Positions 37,443-47,653 are shown, counted from the first letter of the stretch. The stretch: 64,000 nucleotides of DNA from Verrucomicrobiaceae bacterium (GCA_051252135.1 JBPOGH010000010.1:96001-160000); one strand, 5' to 3'. Notes: a model not told the origin generated them from the sequence alone. A program made the numbers and translations.

Positions 37443-38673
37443 AGATTCCGAAGATGATTCCGGTGAGGCCGGAGATGCCGAAGGCGAGGAGGACGGACCA
37501 GGGGGTGATGATGGTCTTCATTTCGGTAAAGAAGGAGACGCAGACGGGGACGAGGATGCCGAGGAGGACTCCGATGAGGCCGCCGCCGATGGAGAGGACG
37601 ATGGTCTCGATGAGGAACTGGATGATGATGTCCTTTCGTTTGGCGCCGAGGGCGCGGCGGACGCCGATTTCACGGGTGCGCTCGGTGACGGTGGCGAGCA
37701 TGATGTTCATGATGCCGATGCCGCCGACGAGGAGGGAGATGGCGGCGATGGAGCCGAGGACGATGTTGAACATGCGCTTGGTGGCCTCGGCCTCACGGAG
37801 GAGCTGGAGGGGGACGATGAGTTCGAAGTCCTTCTTTTCGTGGAAGTGGTTGAAGAGGTGTTGGATTTGCTGTTCACCGGAGATGACGGCATTGGGATTG
37901 GCCATGCGGATGATGAGGCGGTGGAGTTCGACGCGTTCCATGCTCATGCTGCCGGAGGAGCGCTTGACGAGCATTTCGCCGAAGCGGGAGCGGGCGGTGG
38001 AGAGGGGGATGTAGATGTTGTTATCGACCGCTTCGCCCTGGCTATCACCCATTTGGGGACGTTGTTCGGAGGTGCCGGTCTCATCGACGATGCCGACGAT
38101 ATCGTAGTAGCTTTCCTTGACGCGGACGGCGGATTTGAGCGGGTCCTGGTAGGGGAAGAGCTTGCGGACGAGGTCCTCGGTGATGACGCAGACGTTGCGC
38201 TGGAACCGTTGGTCGGTGGGGGTGAGGAAGCGGCCGGCGACGAGGTCGACATTATGAACGAGGGAATAGGAGGGGAGGGTGCCGATGACCTGGCCGGATT
38301 CCTGGCTACGATCGAAGCGGATGTTCTCGCGGATGATGCGCATGGGGACGACGCGCTCGACTCCGGGGATGGTGTCCTGGATGCGGGAAACATCCTTATA
38401 GGTGATGCCGTATTCGACGGAGAAGGATCGGTTTCCGCCGTTTTGCTGGTTGTCCTCGGGGGGCTTGATGCTGTTGACGATGATGTTTTCACTGCCGAGG
38501 CGTTTGATGCGTTCCTGTGCTTCGTAGGAGGCTCCTTCACCGATGGCGAGCATGGCGATGACGGAGCAGACACCGAAGATGATGCCGAGCATGGTGAGTC
38601 CGGAACGGAGTTTGTGCAGCAGGAGGCTTTTGATGCCGAGCTGGACGGTGTTGAGGAAGTGGGACGAAATCAT
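37387..38673 (-). CDS. MacB-like ABC transporter permease
   Basis: LRSGLTMLGIIFGV, GGIGIMNIML..VTERTREIGVRRALGA, YPA..AAKLDPIDALR. Confidence 0.93.
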   Translation of the reverse strand: MISSHFLNTVQLGIKSLLLHKLRSGLTMLGIIFGVCSVIAMLAIGEGASYEAQERIKRLGSENIIVNSIKPPEDNQQNGGNRSFSVEYGITYKDVSRIQDTIPGVERVVPMRIIRENIRFDRSQESGQVIGTLPSYSLVHNVDLVAGRFLTPTDQRFQRNVCVITEDLVRKLFPYQDPLKSAVRVKESYYDIVGIVDETGTSEQRPQMGDSQGEAVDNNIYIPLSTARSRFGEMLVKRSSGSMSMERVELHRLIIRMANPNAVISGEQQIQHLFNHFHEKKDFELIVPLQLLREAEATKRMFNIVLGSIAAISLLVGGIGIMNIMLATVTERTREIGVRRALGAKRKDIIIQFLIETIVLSIGGGLIGVLLGILVPVCVSFFTEMKTIITPWSVLLAFGISGLTGIIFGIYPASQAAKLDPIDALRQE

Positions 38674-39401
38674 GGCTTGCTGCCGGGATTCGGGTTGATG
38701 ACTTCGCGATTGATGAGTCCGTCCCTCATGTGGATCACGCGGTGGGCGTGATGGGAGACGATGTCATCATGGGTGACGAGGACGATGGTGCGGCCTTGTT
38801 TGTTGAGGTCGTTGATGATGCCGAGGACTTCGATCTCGGTTTCCGTGTCGAGGTTTCCGGTGGGTTCATCAGCGAGGATCATGAGGGGTTCGTTGACGAG
38901 GGAGCGGGCGATGGCGACGCGTTGTTGTTGGCCGCCGGAGAGTTGGTTGGGGCGATGGTCGAGCCGGTCGCCGAGGCCGACGAGCTTGCCGAGCCCGATG
39001 CAGCGTTCCCGGTGTTCCTCGAGGTCCTCCTGTTGGTAGATGAGGGGAACCTGGATGTTTTCGAGGACGGTGAGTTGGGCGATGAGATTGTAGGACTGGA
39101 AGATGAAGCCGAGGCGTTTCCCGCGGGCGGCGGAGAGGGTGTCATCATCCATGCCGGCGACGTCCTCTCCGCCGAGGAAGTATTCGCCGGTGGTGGGGCG
39201 ATCGAGGCAGCCGAGGATGTTGAGGAGGGTGGATTTTCCGGAGCCGGACGGTCCCATGATGGCGACGAACTCGCCTTTGGTGATGGTGAGGTCGATACCG
39301 CGAAGGGCACGGACCTTGACCTCGCCGACTTCAAAGATCTTTTCGACGTTTCGGATGCGAATGACCTCGGAGGAGTCGGTGTTTGGGGCGGAGTCTGGCA
39401 T
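38670..39401 (-). CDS. ABC transporter ATP-binding protein (MacB/LolD type)
   Basis: [31 protein letters not shown]. Confidence 0.93.
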   Translation of the reverse strand: MPDSAPNTDSSEVIRIRNVEKIFEVGEVKVRALRGIDLTITKGEFVAIMGPSGSGKSTLLNILGCLDRPTTGEYFLGGEDVAGMDDDTLSAARGKRLGFIFQSYNLIAQLTVLENIQVPLIYQQEDLEEHRERCIGLGKLVGLGDRLDHRPNQLSGGQQQRVAIARSLVNEPLMILADEPTGNLDTETEIEVLGIINDLNKQGRTIVLVTHDDIVSHHAHRVIHMRDGLINREVINPNPGSKP

Positions 39402-39406
39402 GTGTG

Positions 39407-40891
39407 TTACTCCTCGGGGGTGTCTGTGGCGGTCTCACCGGTGAGGTTGATCCGGGTGTCGAGGGGTGGGTTGAGCATGATCTCCTGGCCTTCTTCGAGG
39501 CCGGATTTGATCTCGATGTATTTGGTGTTGAACTTGCCGATCTCGACGGTGATGGGCTCGGGCTCGCCGCCGTTGCTGCGGTAGCAGAGTTGTTTGCCAT
39601 CAACGGTGGTGACTGCCTGGATGGGGACGGTGAGGACGTTGGAGAGTTCTTCGATGATGATCTCGGCTTTGGCTGAGACGCCGGGTTTTACGCCTTCGAT
39701 GGGATCGGTGATGGTGATCTCGGTGGCGTAGACCTTGAGGTCGGGGTTGGCCCAGTTGCGGTCGCTATCGGGAAGGATGGCGACTTTGGTGACCTCGCCC
39801 TGGAAGCGTTGGTCGGGGAGGGAGTCGAGGATGACGTAGGATTTTTGGCCCTTCTTGATTTGGCTGATCATGGACTCGTGAATTTTGACGGAGACCTTCA
39901 TTGAAGTGATATCCGGGATGGTGATGAGATTTGAGCGGTTACGGACGACGGAGCCCTCGGCGATCTGGGCCTCATCGCCCCAGCGGCTGCGCGGTTTGGC
40001 GTAGATGACGAGGCCATCCTGGGGAGCTTTGACTTTGGTGGCGGCGAGTTGTTCGATGCGTTTGGCGAGGCTGTCCTCGGTGAGCTTGAGGGTGATCTTG
40101 GCGGAGTTCACGGCGGCTTCATCCTGGGCGATTTTGCTTTCGCTTTGTTTTTTGACGCGATCGAGCTTGGCGATGGCTTCCTTTTTCTTGGAGACGAACT
40201 CGGCGTATTGCTTTTGGAGGTCGAAGGTCTCCAGCATTTTGAAGTTGCTTTGGGCGGTTTCGAATTCCTTGGATTTGAGGCTGACCTCGAGGCGGTCGCG
40301 GTCGACCTGGGTTTTGGTTTCGAATCCCTTTTCGGCGAGTTTTACGGACCACTCGTAGCGTTGCTGGGAGAGCTTGAGTGCTTCGTCGGCGGTGTCGATT
40401 TTGAGTTCGGCTTCGCGGGTGAGGTGGACGCGCTCGAGTTGTTCGAATTTTTCGAGGTCCATGGTGGCGAAATCGACAGCGAGATTTGCTTCGCTGATTT
40501 CGCTTTCCGAGGTGCTTCTGGTGATGATGAGATCGTTCTCAGCCTGGACGAGGAGGGCTTGGCGGGATTCGAACTGGACGCGTTGTTCTTCGACATTTTT
40601 TTCGGCTTCACCGGTATCGAACTCGACGAGGAGGTCGCCTTTTTTGACGTAGGTGCCCTCGGGGATGAGCCAGATGATGCGTGAGTCGCCGTCGATGGTG
40701 TTTTTCACGACGATTTCGTTCACGGCTTCGAGAGTGCCGCCTTCGACAATGGAGATGACGAAGTCACCGCGGGAGACGGTGTGGTTGAGGGAGTAGTCGG
40801 TATCGCCTCCCCGTGTGAGGAGGAAGAGGGCGATGAGGAGGGCGACTGCGGCGAGGGGGATGAGGATTTTTTTGTGAAGGAGAGATTTCAT
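39407..40891 (-). CDS. Periplasmic adaptor (MacA/HlyD-like membrane fusion protein)
   Basis: TM anchor, EGTYVKKGDLL, long coiled coil, KAPQDGLV, KPGVSA. Confidence 0.88.
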   Translation of the reverse strand: MKSLLHKKILIPLAAVALLIALFLLTRGGDTDYSLNHTVSRGDFVISIVEGGTLEAVNEIVVKNTIDGDSRIIWLIPEGTYVKKGDLLVEFDTGEAEKNVEEQRVQFESRQALLVQAENDLIITRSTSESEISEANLAVDFATMDLEKFEQLERVHLTREAELKIDTADEALKLSQQRYEWSVKLAEKGFETKTQVDRDRLEVSLKSKEFETAQSNFKMLETFDLQKQYAEFVSKKKEAIAKLDRVKKQSESKIAQDEAAVNSAKITLKLTEDSLAKRIEQLAATKVKAPQDGLVIYAKPRSRWGDEAQIAEGSVVRNRSNLITIPDITSMKVSVKIHESMISQIKKGQKSYVILDSLPDQRFQGEVTKVAILPDSDRNWANPDLKVYATEITITDPIEGVKPGVSAKAEIIIEELSNVLTVPIQAVTTVDGKQLCYRSNGGEPEPITVEIGKFNTKYIEIKSGLEEGQEIMLNPPLDTRINLTGETATDTPEE

Positions 40892-42597
40892 CGGAACAAT
40901 CTTTCGGGTGGGATGACGGTATCTCCGACCTCGAGGGGCGGTGATTTTTGGAGGGAGGGGGGAGCTTGTTTGAAGGTGATCTTGGAGGGGTTTTCCTTGA
41001 GCCAGTAACGTTTTTCATCGGTCCGGAGGACGCCGAGATCGATGAGGAGATTGAGGCGTGCGCCGAGGTAGTCGACGAGGGCGCGGGTCTCGGCATTTTG
41101 GGCGGCGATGAGGGCGTCCTGGGATTCGGAGAGGCGGCTGAAGACGACGGTGCCGGCCTTGAGGCGGAGTTGGTTTCCTTCGACGCGTTTTTTAGCGAGG
41201 ACGACGGCGTTTTGCTGAATTTCGTAGGACTGGCGGATTTGTTCAAGCTCGCGGATGCGGCGGTCGAGGAGGTTCCGAAGTTCGTCGAAATTCTGGCCGA
41301 GGGTGCGGGTGGCGGACTCGAAGTTGATGAGGGTGGCGCGGTAGTCGTTGCGCTCGCGGAGTCGGTCGAGGGGGAGGTTGAGCTGAAGGCCGACGGAGGT
41401 GCGGACGTTTTTGAAGTCGAAATCGGTGTAGTCGGTGGGGCCGCCGTCGTTGTTGATTGAGCCGCTTCCGACGAGGTTGAGGTCGGCCTTGAGTTGGTTG
41501 GCAGCGATGGCGACCTGGCGCTTGTTGTCCTCGAAGCGGTCGATTTGGTTAAAGAGGGGGAGACGGTGGTCGAGGGCGATGAGGAAGGCCTCGTGGCTGA
41601 CGAGGTGGAGGGATTTGGCTCCGGCCTTTCGGATGAGGTCGATTTCCTTGTCATCGAGGCGGAGTTCGGTGGTTTGGGGGAGACCGAGGGTGATTTTGAA
41701 GCGATCGAGGGCGTTGCGGTAGCTGGTGATGGAGCTGATGTAGCGGTTTTTGGCCTCGAGTTCGTCCTGCTCGGCATCGCCGATGGCTTCGGGTGATTCG
41801 CGGTCTTCGCGGGCGGTGAGGTATTCGCGGTTTCCCTTACGGGAGTCGTAGTTGTTGTACTCGTTGAAGATGACGTTCTTGAGTTGGAGGAGGTCGAAGT
41901 AGTCGTTGACGATTTCGACCGAGAAGGTGTTTTGGAAGTGGGAGAAATCGCGGACGGCGTAGACGACGTTGCGGTTGGCCTGGGTGAGTCGTTCGGCGGC
42001 GATTTGGGTTCCGGCACCGCGGAGGAGGGGCTGGGTGAGGTTGAGGCTGATGACGGAGGCGGCGGAGCGGCGGGGGTCGCCGGTGAAGTATTTGAGGAGG
42101 TCGTTGGCGATGTTGATGCCGAGGCTTCCGCCGGCGAGGAGGGCTTGATCGGCTCCGATATTTGAGGAGGAGGTTCCGGTGCGTTCGCCATCGCTCAGGC
42201 GTGAGTAGTCGGCGCGGGTGGAGCCGAAGAGATTGGGGCGGAAGTTGTGGCGTTCACCGGTGAGGGTAAGGGCGGTGAGGTAGAGTTTTTCCTTTTCCGA
42301 CTGGTATTCGCGGCTGTTGGCGATGGCGTAGGTGAGGGCGTCATCGAGGCTGAGGGTAACTTTTCCGCGTTTGCTTCGGGAGTTGAGGACCTTGGCGGTG
42401 GTGACGTCCTTGGTTTTTTGGTCGGAGGTCGGGGTATCGATGGAGAAGTCCGAGGAAGTGCCGAAAATGTCGGACTCGACTTTTTGAAGGATGGCGTAGA
42501 CGTCCTTGTCAGCCCGGTTTTTGTGATGTGTTGCGCTACAACCGTTGAGAAACAATACGGTGAGAAATCCGCCGAGAAGGGAAGAGAGAGCTGACAT
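40888..42597 (-). CDS. TolC family outer-membrane efflux lipoprotein
   Basis: Lipobox LNGC, LSLDDAL..A..NS, LTQPLLRG, helical repeats; first gene of the exporter operon. Confidence 0.85.
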   Translation of the reverse strand: MSALSSLLGGFLTVLFLNGCSATHHKNRADKDVYAILQKVESDIFGTSSDFSIDTPTSDQKTKDVTTAKVLNSRSKRGKVTLSLDDALTYAIANSREYQSEKEKLYLTALTLTGERHNFRPNLFGSTRADYSRLSDGERTGTSSSNIGADQALLAGGSLGINIANDLLKYFTGDPRRSAASVISLNLTQPLLRGAGTQIAAERLTQANRNVVYAVRDFSHFQNTFSVEIVNDYFDLLQLKNVIFNEYNNYDSRKGNREYLTAREDRESPEAIGDAEQDELEAKNRYISSITSYRNALDRFKITLGLPQTTELRLDDKEIDLIRKAGAKSLHLVSHEAFLIALDHRLPLFNQIDRFEDNKRQVAIAANQLKADLNLVGSGSINNDGGPTDYTDFDFKNVRTSVGLQLNLPLDRLRERNDYRATLINFESATRTLGQNFDELRNLLDRRIRELEQIRQSYEIQQNAVVLAKKRVEGNQLRLKAGTVVFSRLSESQDALIAAQNAETRALVDYLGARLNLLIDLGVLRTDEKRYWLKENPSKITFKQAPPSLQKSPPLEVGDTVIPPERLFR

Positions 42598-42756
42598 CAG
42601 AGACTGGGATAGGAGGCGAGAAGGTCTTCAGTGGTCGGGGGATTAGTTAGTAAACGCAATGAAGAAGGAAATTTGTCGGATAAATGTCAAAATTGTGAGG
42701 GGAGATAGGTGGGATTCGGTCATGCAAGAGGGAGTGGGGTGTGATAGTTTCGGGGC

Positions 42757-44475
42757 GTGCGGAGTTTCTTGATTCTATTTTTGCTGCTTGGTTCCTTGTC
42801 GGGCGGGTCGTTGAGGATTGAGGTGGATCATCGGTTTGACGGTAAGCCGTTGATGATGGGGTCGCTGAAGTATGGGGAGGGGGAGGTGTTTTCGGTGACG
42901 CGTCTGGCTTACCTGTTATCGGACTTTGCGGTGCAGCGTGAGGATAGCTCCTGGGAGGAGATTGGGGGTCAGCAGGCGTATTTTGATGCGGGGAAGAGGC
43001 GGACGGGAGTGACCTTGACGGGAGTTCCGGCGGGGAAGTTCAAGGCGGTGCGGTTCTCGGTGGGGGTTCCGGAGGCGTTGAATCACGGGGATCCGGCGAA
43101 GTTGGGGGCGGAGCATGCGCTGAATCCGAATGTGAACCAGCTGCATTGGGACTGGAAGGGGGGGTATGTTTTTTTGGCTTTGGAGGGGCGGTTCCGGGGG
43201 AAGGGCGGTGAGTTGGAGGGGTATGTTTATCATTTGGCGAATGACCAGAATTTGTCGCGGATCCAGGTGCCGATGGCGTTTGAGGTGAAGGAGGCGACGG
43301 CGCTGCGGCTGGCGCTGGATGTGAAGAAGTTGTTGGGGAGTCCGCGGGCGATTTCGTTTGAAAAGGACGGGACGGCGACGCACTCGCGGGAAGGTGATCC
43401 GATTGCGAGTGCTCTGGTGGCGAATCTGCAGACGGCATTTGCGCCGGTGGGGGTGGGTTATCCGCCGGCGGAGGTTCCGAAGGATCCGGTGGAGCCGCTT
43501 TATTTGCCGGAGAAGTATGAGGCGTATCCTTTTAAGACGAGTCGGCATTTTCCGATGCCGATGTTGCCAAGGGATAATCCGCTGTTGAAAGAGCGGGTGG
43601 CGGTGGGGGAGAAGATCTTTTTTGAGAGTTTGTTGTCGATTGATGACACCGTTTCCTGTGCGGCGTGCCATGCGCCGTATTGGGCGTTTACGGATCAGAT
43701 TCCGATTGCGCGGGGGTTTGAGGGGAGGTTTGGGGAGCGGAACTCGATGCCGTTGTTTAATCTGGCGTGGAAGTCGTCGTTTTTCTGGGACGGGCGTGCG
43801 GGGTCGCTGCGCGAGCAGGTGCTGATACCGATTGAGCATCCGAAGGAGATGGCGGCGAGGATGAGCACGGTGCTGCGGCGGTTGAACGGGCGGAAGGAAT
43901 ACCGGGAGGCCTTTGAGGCGGGGTTTGGGCCGGGGGAGATTACGCCGGAGAAGATTGCGTTGGCGCTGGAGAATTATGTCTTAACGCTGACGAGCTATGA
44001 TTCGAAATTTGACCAGGCGATGGCGGGGAAGGAGAAGTTGAGCGAAGAGGAAGAGCGGGGGATGGAGCTGTTTTTTACGGAGTATGATCCCCGGAGCGGG
44101 CAGTATGGGGCGGACTGCTTTCACTGTCATGGGGGGGCGAACTTTTCCGATCATCAGTTTCACAATAACGGATTGAAGCCGACGAGGGATGAGGGGCGGT
44201 ATGGGGTGACGAAGAAGGCGGAGGACCGGTTTTCGTTTTCGACGCCCAGTTTGCGGAATGTGGGGCTGACGGCGCCGTACATGCATGACGGTCGGTTCGA
44301 GACGCTGGAGGAGGTGGTGAAGCATTACAGCGGGCCGATGCATCGGTCGGAGTCGCTGGCGCCGAGCTTGGCGAAGCATCCGAAGGAGGGGATTCAGTTG
44401 AGCGAGAAGGACCAGGCGGCGCTGGTGGCGTTTTTGAAATCGCTGACGGATCCGAAGTATGATCGGGATTATTAA
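42757..44475 (+). CDS. MbnP-like domain fused to an MbnH/MauG-type di-heme cytochrome c peroxidase
   Basis: N-domain LAYLLSDF...LHWDWKGGYVFLALEG (WxW); C-domain CAACH and CFHCH, FWDGRA, TPSLRNV..TAPYMHDG. Confidence 0.85.
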   Translation: MRSFLILFLLLGSLSGGSLRIEVDHRFDGKPLMMGSLKYGEGEVFSVTRLAYLLSDFAVQREDSSWEEIGGQQAYFDAGKRRTGVTLTGVPAGKFKAVRFSVGVPEALNHGDPAKLGAEHALNPNVNQLHWDWKGGYVFLALEGRFRGKGGELEGYVYHLANDQNLSRIQVPMAFEVKEATALRLALDVKKLLGSPRAISFEKDGTATHSREGDPIASALVANLQTAFAPVGVGYPPAEVPKDPVEPLYLPEKYEAYPFKTSRHFPMPMLPRDNPLLKERVAVGEKIFFESLLSIDDTVSCAACHAPYWAFTDQIPIARGFEGRFGERNSMPLFNLAWKSSFFWDGRAGSLREQVLIPIEHPKEMAARMSTVLRRLNGRKEYREAFEAGFGPGEITPEKIALALENYVLTLTSYDSKFDQAMAGKEKLSEEEERGMELFFTEYDPRSGQYGADCFHCHGGANFSDHQFHNNGLKPTRDEGRYGVTKKAEDRFSFSTPSLRNVGLTAPYMHDGRFETLEEVVKHYSGPMHRSESLAPSLAKHPKEGIQLSEKDQAALVAFLKSLTDPKYDRDY

Positions 44476-44507
44476 AAAAGCCCTTTCGCCGGAAGACGAA
44501 AGGGCTT
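44474..44507 (-). terminator. Intrinsic terminator between convergent genes
   Basis: AAGCCCTTTCG-N8-CGAAAGGGCTT with an A run on the left (T tract on the minus strand). Confidence 0.75.
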
Positions 44508-44528
44508 GAGAGAATATTGAGGGATTGA

Positions 44529-45233
44529 CTAGCGACGACGGCCGAGGAGGCCGAGGAGGGCGATTCCACCAAGGAGGGCCGAGGAAGGCTCGGGAACGAC
44601 CTGGAGGTTGTTGAAGTAGACGTCTCTGTCACCTCCTCCTCCGGCATTGTTGTTATAAACGCGAATGGTGTCAAACGAGGGGAGGGTGTTGGCCAGGGTT
44701 CCGGTGAAGTTGGATCCGGCCATGTCCAAGCTATAGGTTCCCGAGGCAGTCATGGTGACTTTCACGTTGAATCCGTCGCCAGTCCAACCGATTCCAGAGA
44801 GGGTTGACCCGCTGGAATCAGCGTATCGGTAGCTGGCGTCGCCATTAGAGTAGGACACGAGGAGGGCTTGGGTGGTGCCATTCAAGAATTCGATTCCGGC
44901 GGAACCTCCGGTTTCGATGTAGCCGTTGTCAAAATCGATGCCGAGAGCTTGTCCGACGGAGAGAGCCCCACCTGCCAGGGCATAGGTGGCGCTGGCAGTC
45001 TGGCCGCTGTTTGCATAGAGGGCCCAAGCCGGGTTGCCGGCCCCGGCGCCACTGGCACCACCGGCGTTTGATGCGGAGTTTCCGGAGAATTCGCCATTTT
45101 GGCCTCCATCGCCGGAGGTGGTAGTGATGGTCCAACCCTGGGTGCTTGGAGATCCGGTAGCTGACAGGGTCATCAGTGTGGCGGCACCAGCAGGAAGAGC
45201 CGATGCGCACAATAGGATGAGGTAGGATTTCAT
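44529..45233 (-). CDS. PEP-CTERM sorting domain protein
   Basis: Signal peptide MKSYLILLCASALPAGA, Gly/Ser/Thr-rich body, VPEPSSALLGGIALLGLLGRRR. Confidence 0.92.
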   Translation of the reverse strand: MKSYLILLCASALPAGAATLMTLSATGSPSTQGWTITTTSGDGGQNGEFSGNSASNAGGASGAGAGNPAWALYANSGQTASATYALAGGALSVGQALGIDFDNGYIETGGSAGIEFLNGTTQALLVSYSNGDASYRYADSSGSTLSGIGWTGDGFNVKVTMTASGTYSLDMAGSNFTGTLANTLPSFDTIRVYNNNAGGGGDRDVYFNNLQVVPEPSSALLGGIALLGLLGRRR

Positions 45234-45522
45234 TGGTTTGATATGTGGTTGAAGGTCGTAGCCTCTTTGGGCCTTGCACTGGGTAGTCTCAATTCTGAAT
45301 AAAGAAAAGATCATTTATCGAAAGTCCATGTTTCAATTTCATGATAGAAATGAAAAGAGTGGGGAGGAGGTTGTTGTTTTTCCAACAGCAGGGCCCGGCG
45401 TTTGACAGCCGGGCCCATTTGTTTTTGGGGGGTATGTTTTGGGGTATGTTTTTGTTGGGGGACAAACACCGGGGTGTCTGCATTCTCCAAATGTCGGAAC
45501 AGATGGATGGTTTACGAAAAAG

Positions 45523-46929
45523 TTACTTTTTTTGGAGAATCTTCACAACGAGTTGATCGACATTGAGTTCGCCGCCGTCTCCGTGTGAAAGGCGGATGCG
45601 GTCGAAGGCGATTTCGGGGCGGATGACGGTCTCAAGAAAGGGTTTGGACCGGGCTTGTGGGCCGTGGAAGAGGGCGAGGGCGCCTGTGCGGTAGTCGTAG
45701 CGCAGGGTGACCGGGCGGGCACCGGAGACGGGGGTTTCGGGGAGGCGTGGGGCGCCATGGCGGCGGACATCGAGGCCCCAGGTAGCCGGATCACCGTGGC
45801 AATCGCCGAAGAAGACGATTTCCTCGTTGCCTTGATAGAGGCTCAAGCCGGCCCAACCGGCGCTGTGGAAGGAGGAGGATGGGCTGGTTTGAAGGGTGAC
45901 GAGGAGGATGGGCTGGTCGTTGCTTAAGCGGGGGGCGTTGAGTTGGCCGTAGACCTCCATGTCTCCGAGGCCGCCGAGGAAGTGGTCGCCATCGAGTTGG
46001 GGGCGCCCTTTGGTGACTACCCATGGGCCTTTTCCGGAGGAAGGGCGCTGGCCGCTGAGAGCGCCGGGGGCGTGGCCGAAGGAGTCGCGGAAGACGAGGA
46101 TTTCGCGGGGGAGGGAGTCGGGGAAGAGGGTTTTATCGGCAGGAAGGGATTCCATGACTCCGTTGGGTTGGAGTTGAATGGCTTGTCCGGCGAGGAGGTT
46201 GCGGGTGGTGCCGGCTGCGGCGGTGGTGACTTCGCCATCGAGAACGTGGACTTCACGGGGTTGGCCGGGGTTGGCGAGGAGGCCAAAGCGGGTGCCGAGG
46301 TCGACGATTTCCAGATCACCTGAAGTGACGGTGAAGCCGTGTCCGGCTTCGGTGACGTGGAAGTGGGCGCGTCCGTGGTCGAGCTCGAGATGAAGGGGGT
46401 TGAGATAGCGGAGGGTGGCGGGGGCGTGGATCCAGGCGGTGACGCCTTGGGCGAGTTCCAATTGGGTGGTGCCGCGGGTGAGGGTGAGGGTTCCTTCGGC
46501 GGGGATTTCGTTACTGGAGATGGAGGTTCCCGAGGCATCGGTGGCCTCCCAGGCGGCTTCGGGACCGAAGGTGGCGAGAGCGGGAGGGATGGCTGCGGGG
46601 GAGGATTTACCGGCTTGCCAAGCCATGATGCCAGAGAGGGTGAGGACGGCTGCGATGGCGGCGGGAATGGCGGGGAATTTGCGTTTTTTAGCAGGGAAAG
46701 GCGTGGGGGCGGAGAGGGAGAGGGGAGCGGCTTGGGGGAGGGATTCGATCTTGGCGATGTTGAGAGATTCTCCCATTTCATCCAGGGAGTGGTAGAGGTG
46801 GGAGTAACTCAGGTAGCCGGCGCGGAGGTCGGGGTCCTTCCGAAGGCGATCTTGAAATTGATCGAATTCTTCGGGCGCCATGTCGCCATCGAGAAGATTC
46901 TGGATGAGTTGTTCGTCTTCGCGATTCAT
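45523..46929 (-). CDS. FecR-like anti-sigma factor
   Basis: N-terminal helical domain, TM helix, G..HF.V....HGFTV......DLGTRFG, EVHVLDGEV. Confidence 0.85.
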   Translation of the reverse strand: MNREDEQLIQNLLDGDMAPEEFDQFQDRLRKDPDLRAGYLSYSHLYHSLDEMGESLNIAKIESLPQAAPLSLSAPTPFPAKKRKFPAIPAAIAAVLTLSGIMAWQAGKSSPAAIPPALATFGPEAAWEATDASGTSISSNEIPAEGTLTLTRGTTQLELAQGVTAWIHAPATLRYLNPLHLELDHGRAHFHVTEAGHGFTVTSGDLEIVDLGTRFGLLANPGQPREVHVLDGEVTTAAAGTTRNLLAGQAIQLQPNGVMESLPADKTLFPDSLPREILVFRDSFGHAPGALSGQRPSSGKGPWVVTKGRPQLDGDHFLGGLGDMEVYGQLNAPRLSNDQPILLVTLQTSPSSSFHSAGWAGLSLYQGNEEIVFFGDCHGDPATWGLDVRRHGAPRLPETPVSGARPVTLRYDYRTGALALFHGPQARSKPFLETVIRPEIAFDRIRLSHGDGGELNVDQLVVKILQKK

Positions 46930-47471
46930 GAGGGGAGTTGTTCGTTGGGGAGCTTTGATTCGATGCAGCGGCGCAGGGCGGCGCGGATGCGGAAAAGGGT
47001 GGCCTTGAGGGTGCCTACGCTGCGTTGGGTGGCTTGGGCGTAGTCTTCGAGGGGCTTATCGGTGGTGTAGCGGTGATGGAGGAGTTCGCGGTCCTTATCG
47101 CGGAGGCGTCCGAGGCAGTCGGTGAGGGCCTGATGGCGTTCGTCGACTTCCTTGGGCCCGTTTTGAGTGTCGTCGGAAAAAGTGTCGAGGAGGTCGTCAT
47201 CGAAGATGAGCCATCCCTGCCGCTGGAGTTTGCGGCGGTGGTTGAGGATATGGTAGCGAACGATTTGGAAGGCCCAGGCTTTGAAGTTGGTGCCCAGTTC
47301 GAAGTGATCCCTTTTGTTCCAGAGGGTGATGTTGACCTCCTGCTGGAGGTCACGCGCGCCGCTGGACCCGGGGGTGAGGGAGCGGATGTAGGCGAGAATG
47401 GCCGACTGGTGATCGGTCAGAATGGTGACAAACTGAGCGGTGTGGTCGGGGGTTGGAGACGGTTCGGTCAC
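46926..47471 (-). CDS. ECF RNA polymerase sigma factor
   Basis: HQ..I.AYIRSL, DL.QEVN..LW, GTNFKAWA, C-terminal region 4; overlaps fecR by 4 nt. Confidence 0.9.
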   Translation of the reverse strand: MTEPSPTPDHTAQFVTILTDHQSAILAYIRSLTPGSSGARDLQQEVNITLWNKRDHFELGTNFKAWAFQIVRYHILNHRRKLQRQGWLIFDDDLLDTFSDDTQNGPKEVDERHQALTDCLGRLRDKDRELLHHRYTTDKPLEDYAQATQRSVGTLKATLFRIRAALRRCIESKLPNEQLPS

Positions 47472-47653
47472 GGGAGAGAGTTGATCCTCATCCTGATTAT
47501 GTTCAAGACAACCGGAGGGTTCATTTTTTCTTACGAATTTTTTTCAGGTTGGGTGGGAAGAGGAGAGCCGGGGGAAGGTAAACCTTCAATAAATCGGTAA
47601 TAAAAACGATGTTCCTTTTTGGGGAAATGACGGTATAAACCTGATCCCCCCTT

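Noticed and set aside
37366..38751. 461-aa plus-strand ORF sharing its N-terminus with the 64-aa ORF at 36180
   Set aside because: Antisense shadow of the ABC permease; the shared peptide only reflects the 58-bp DNA repeat.
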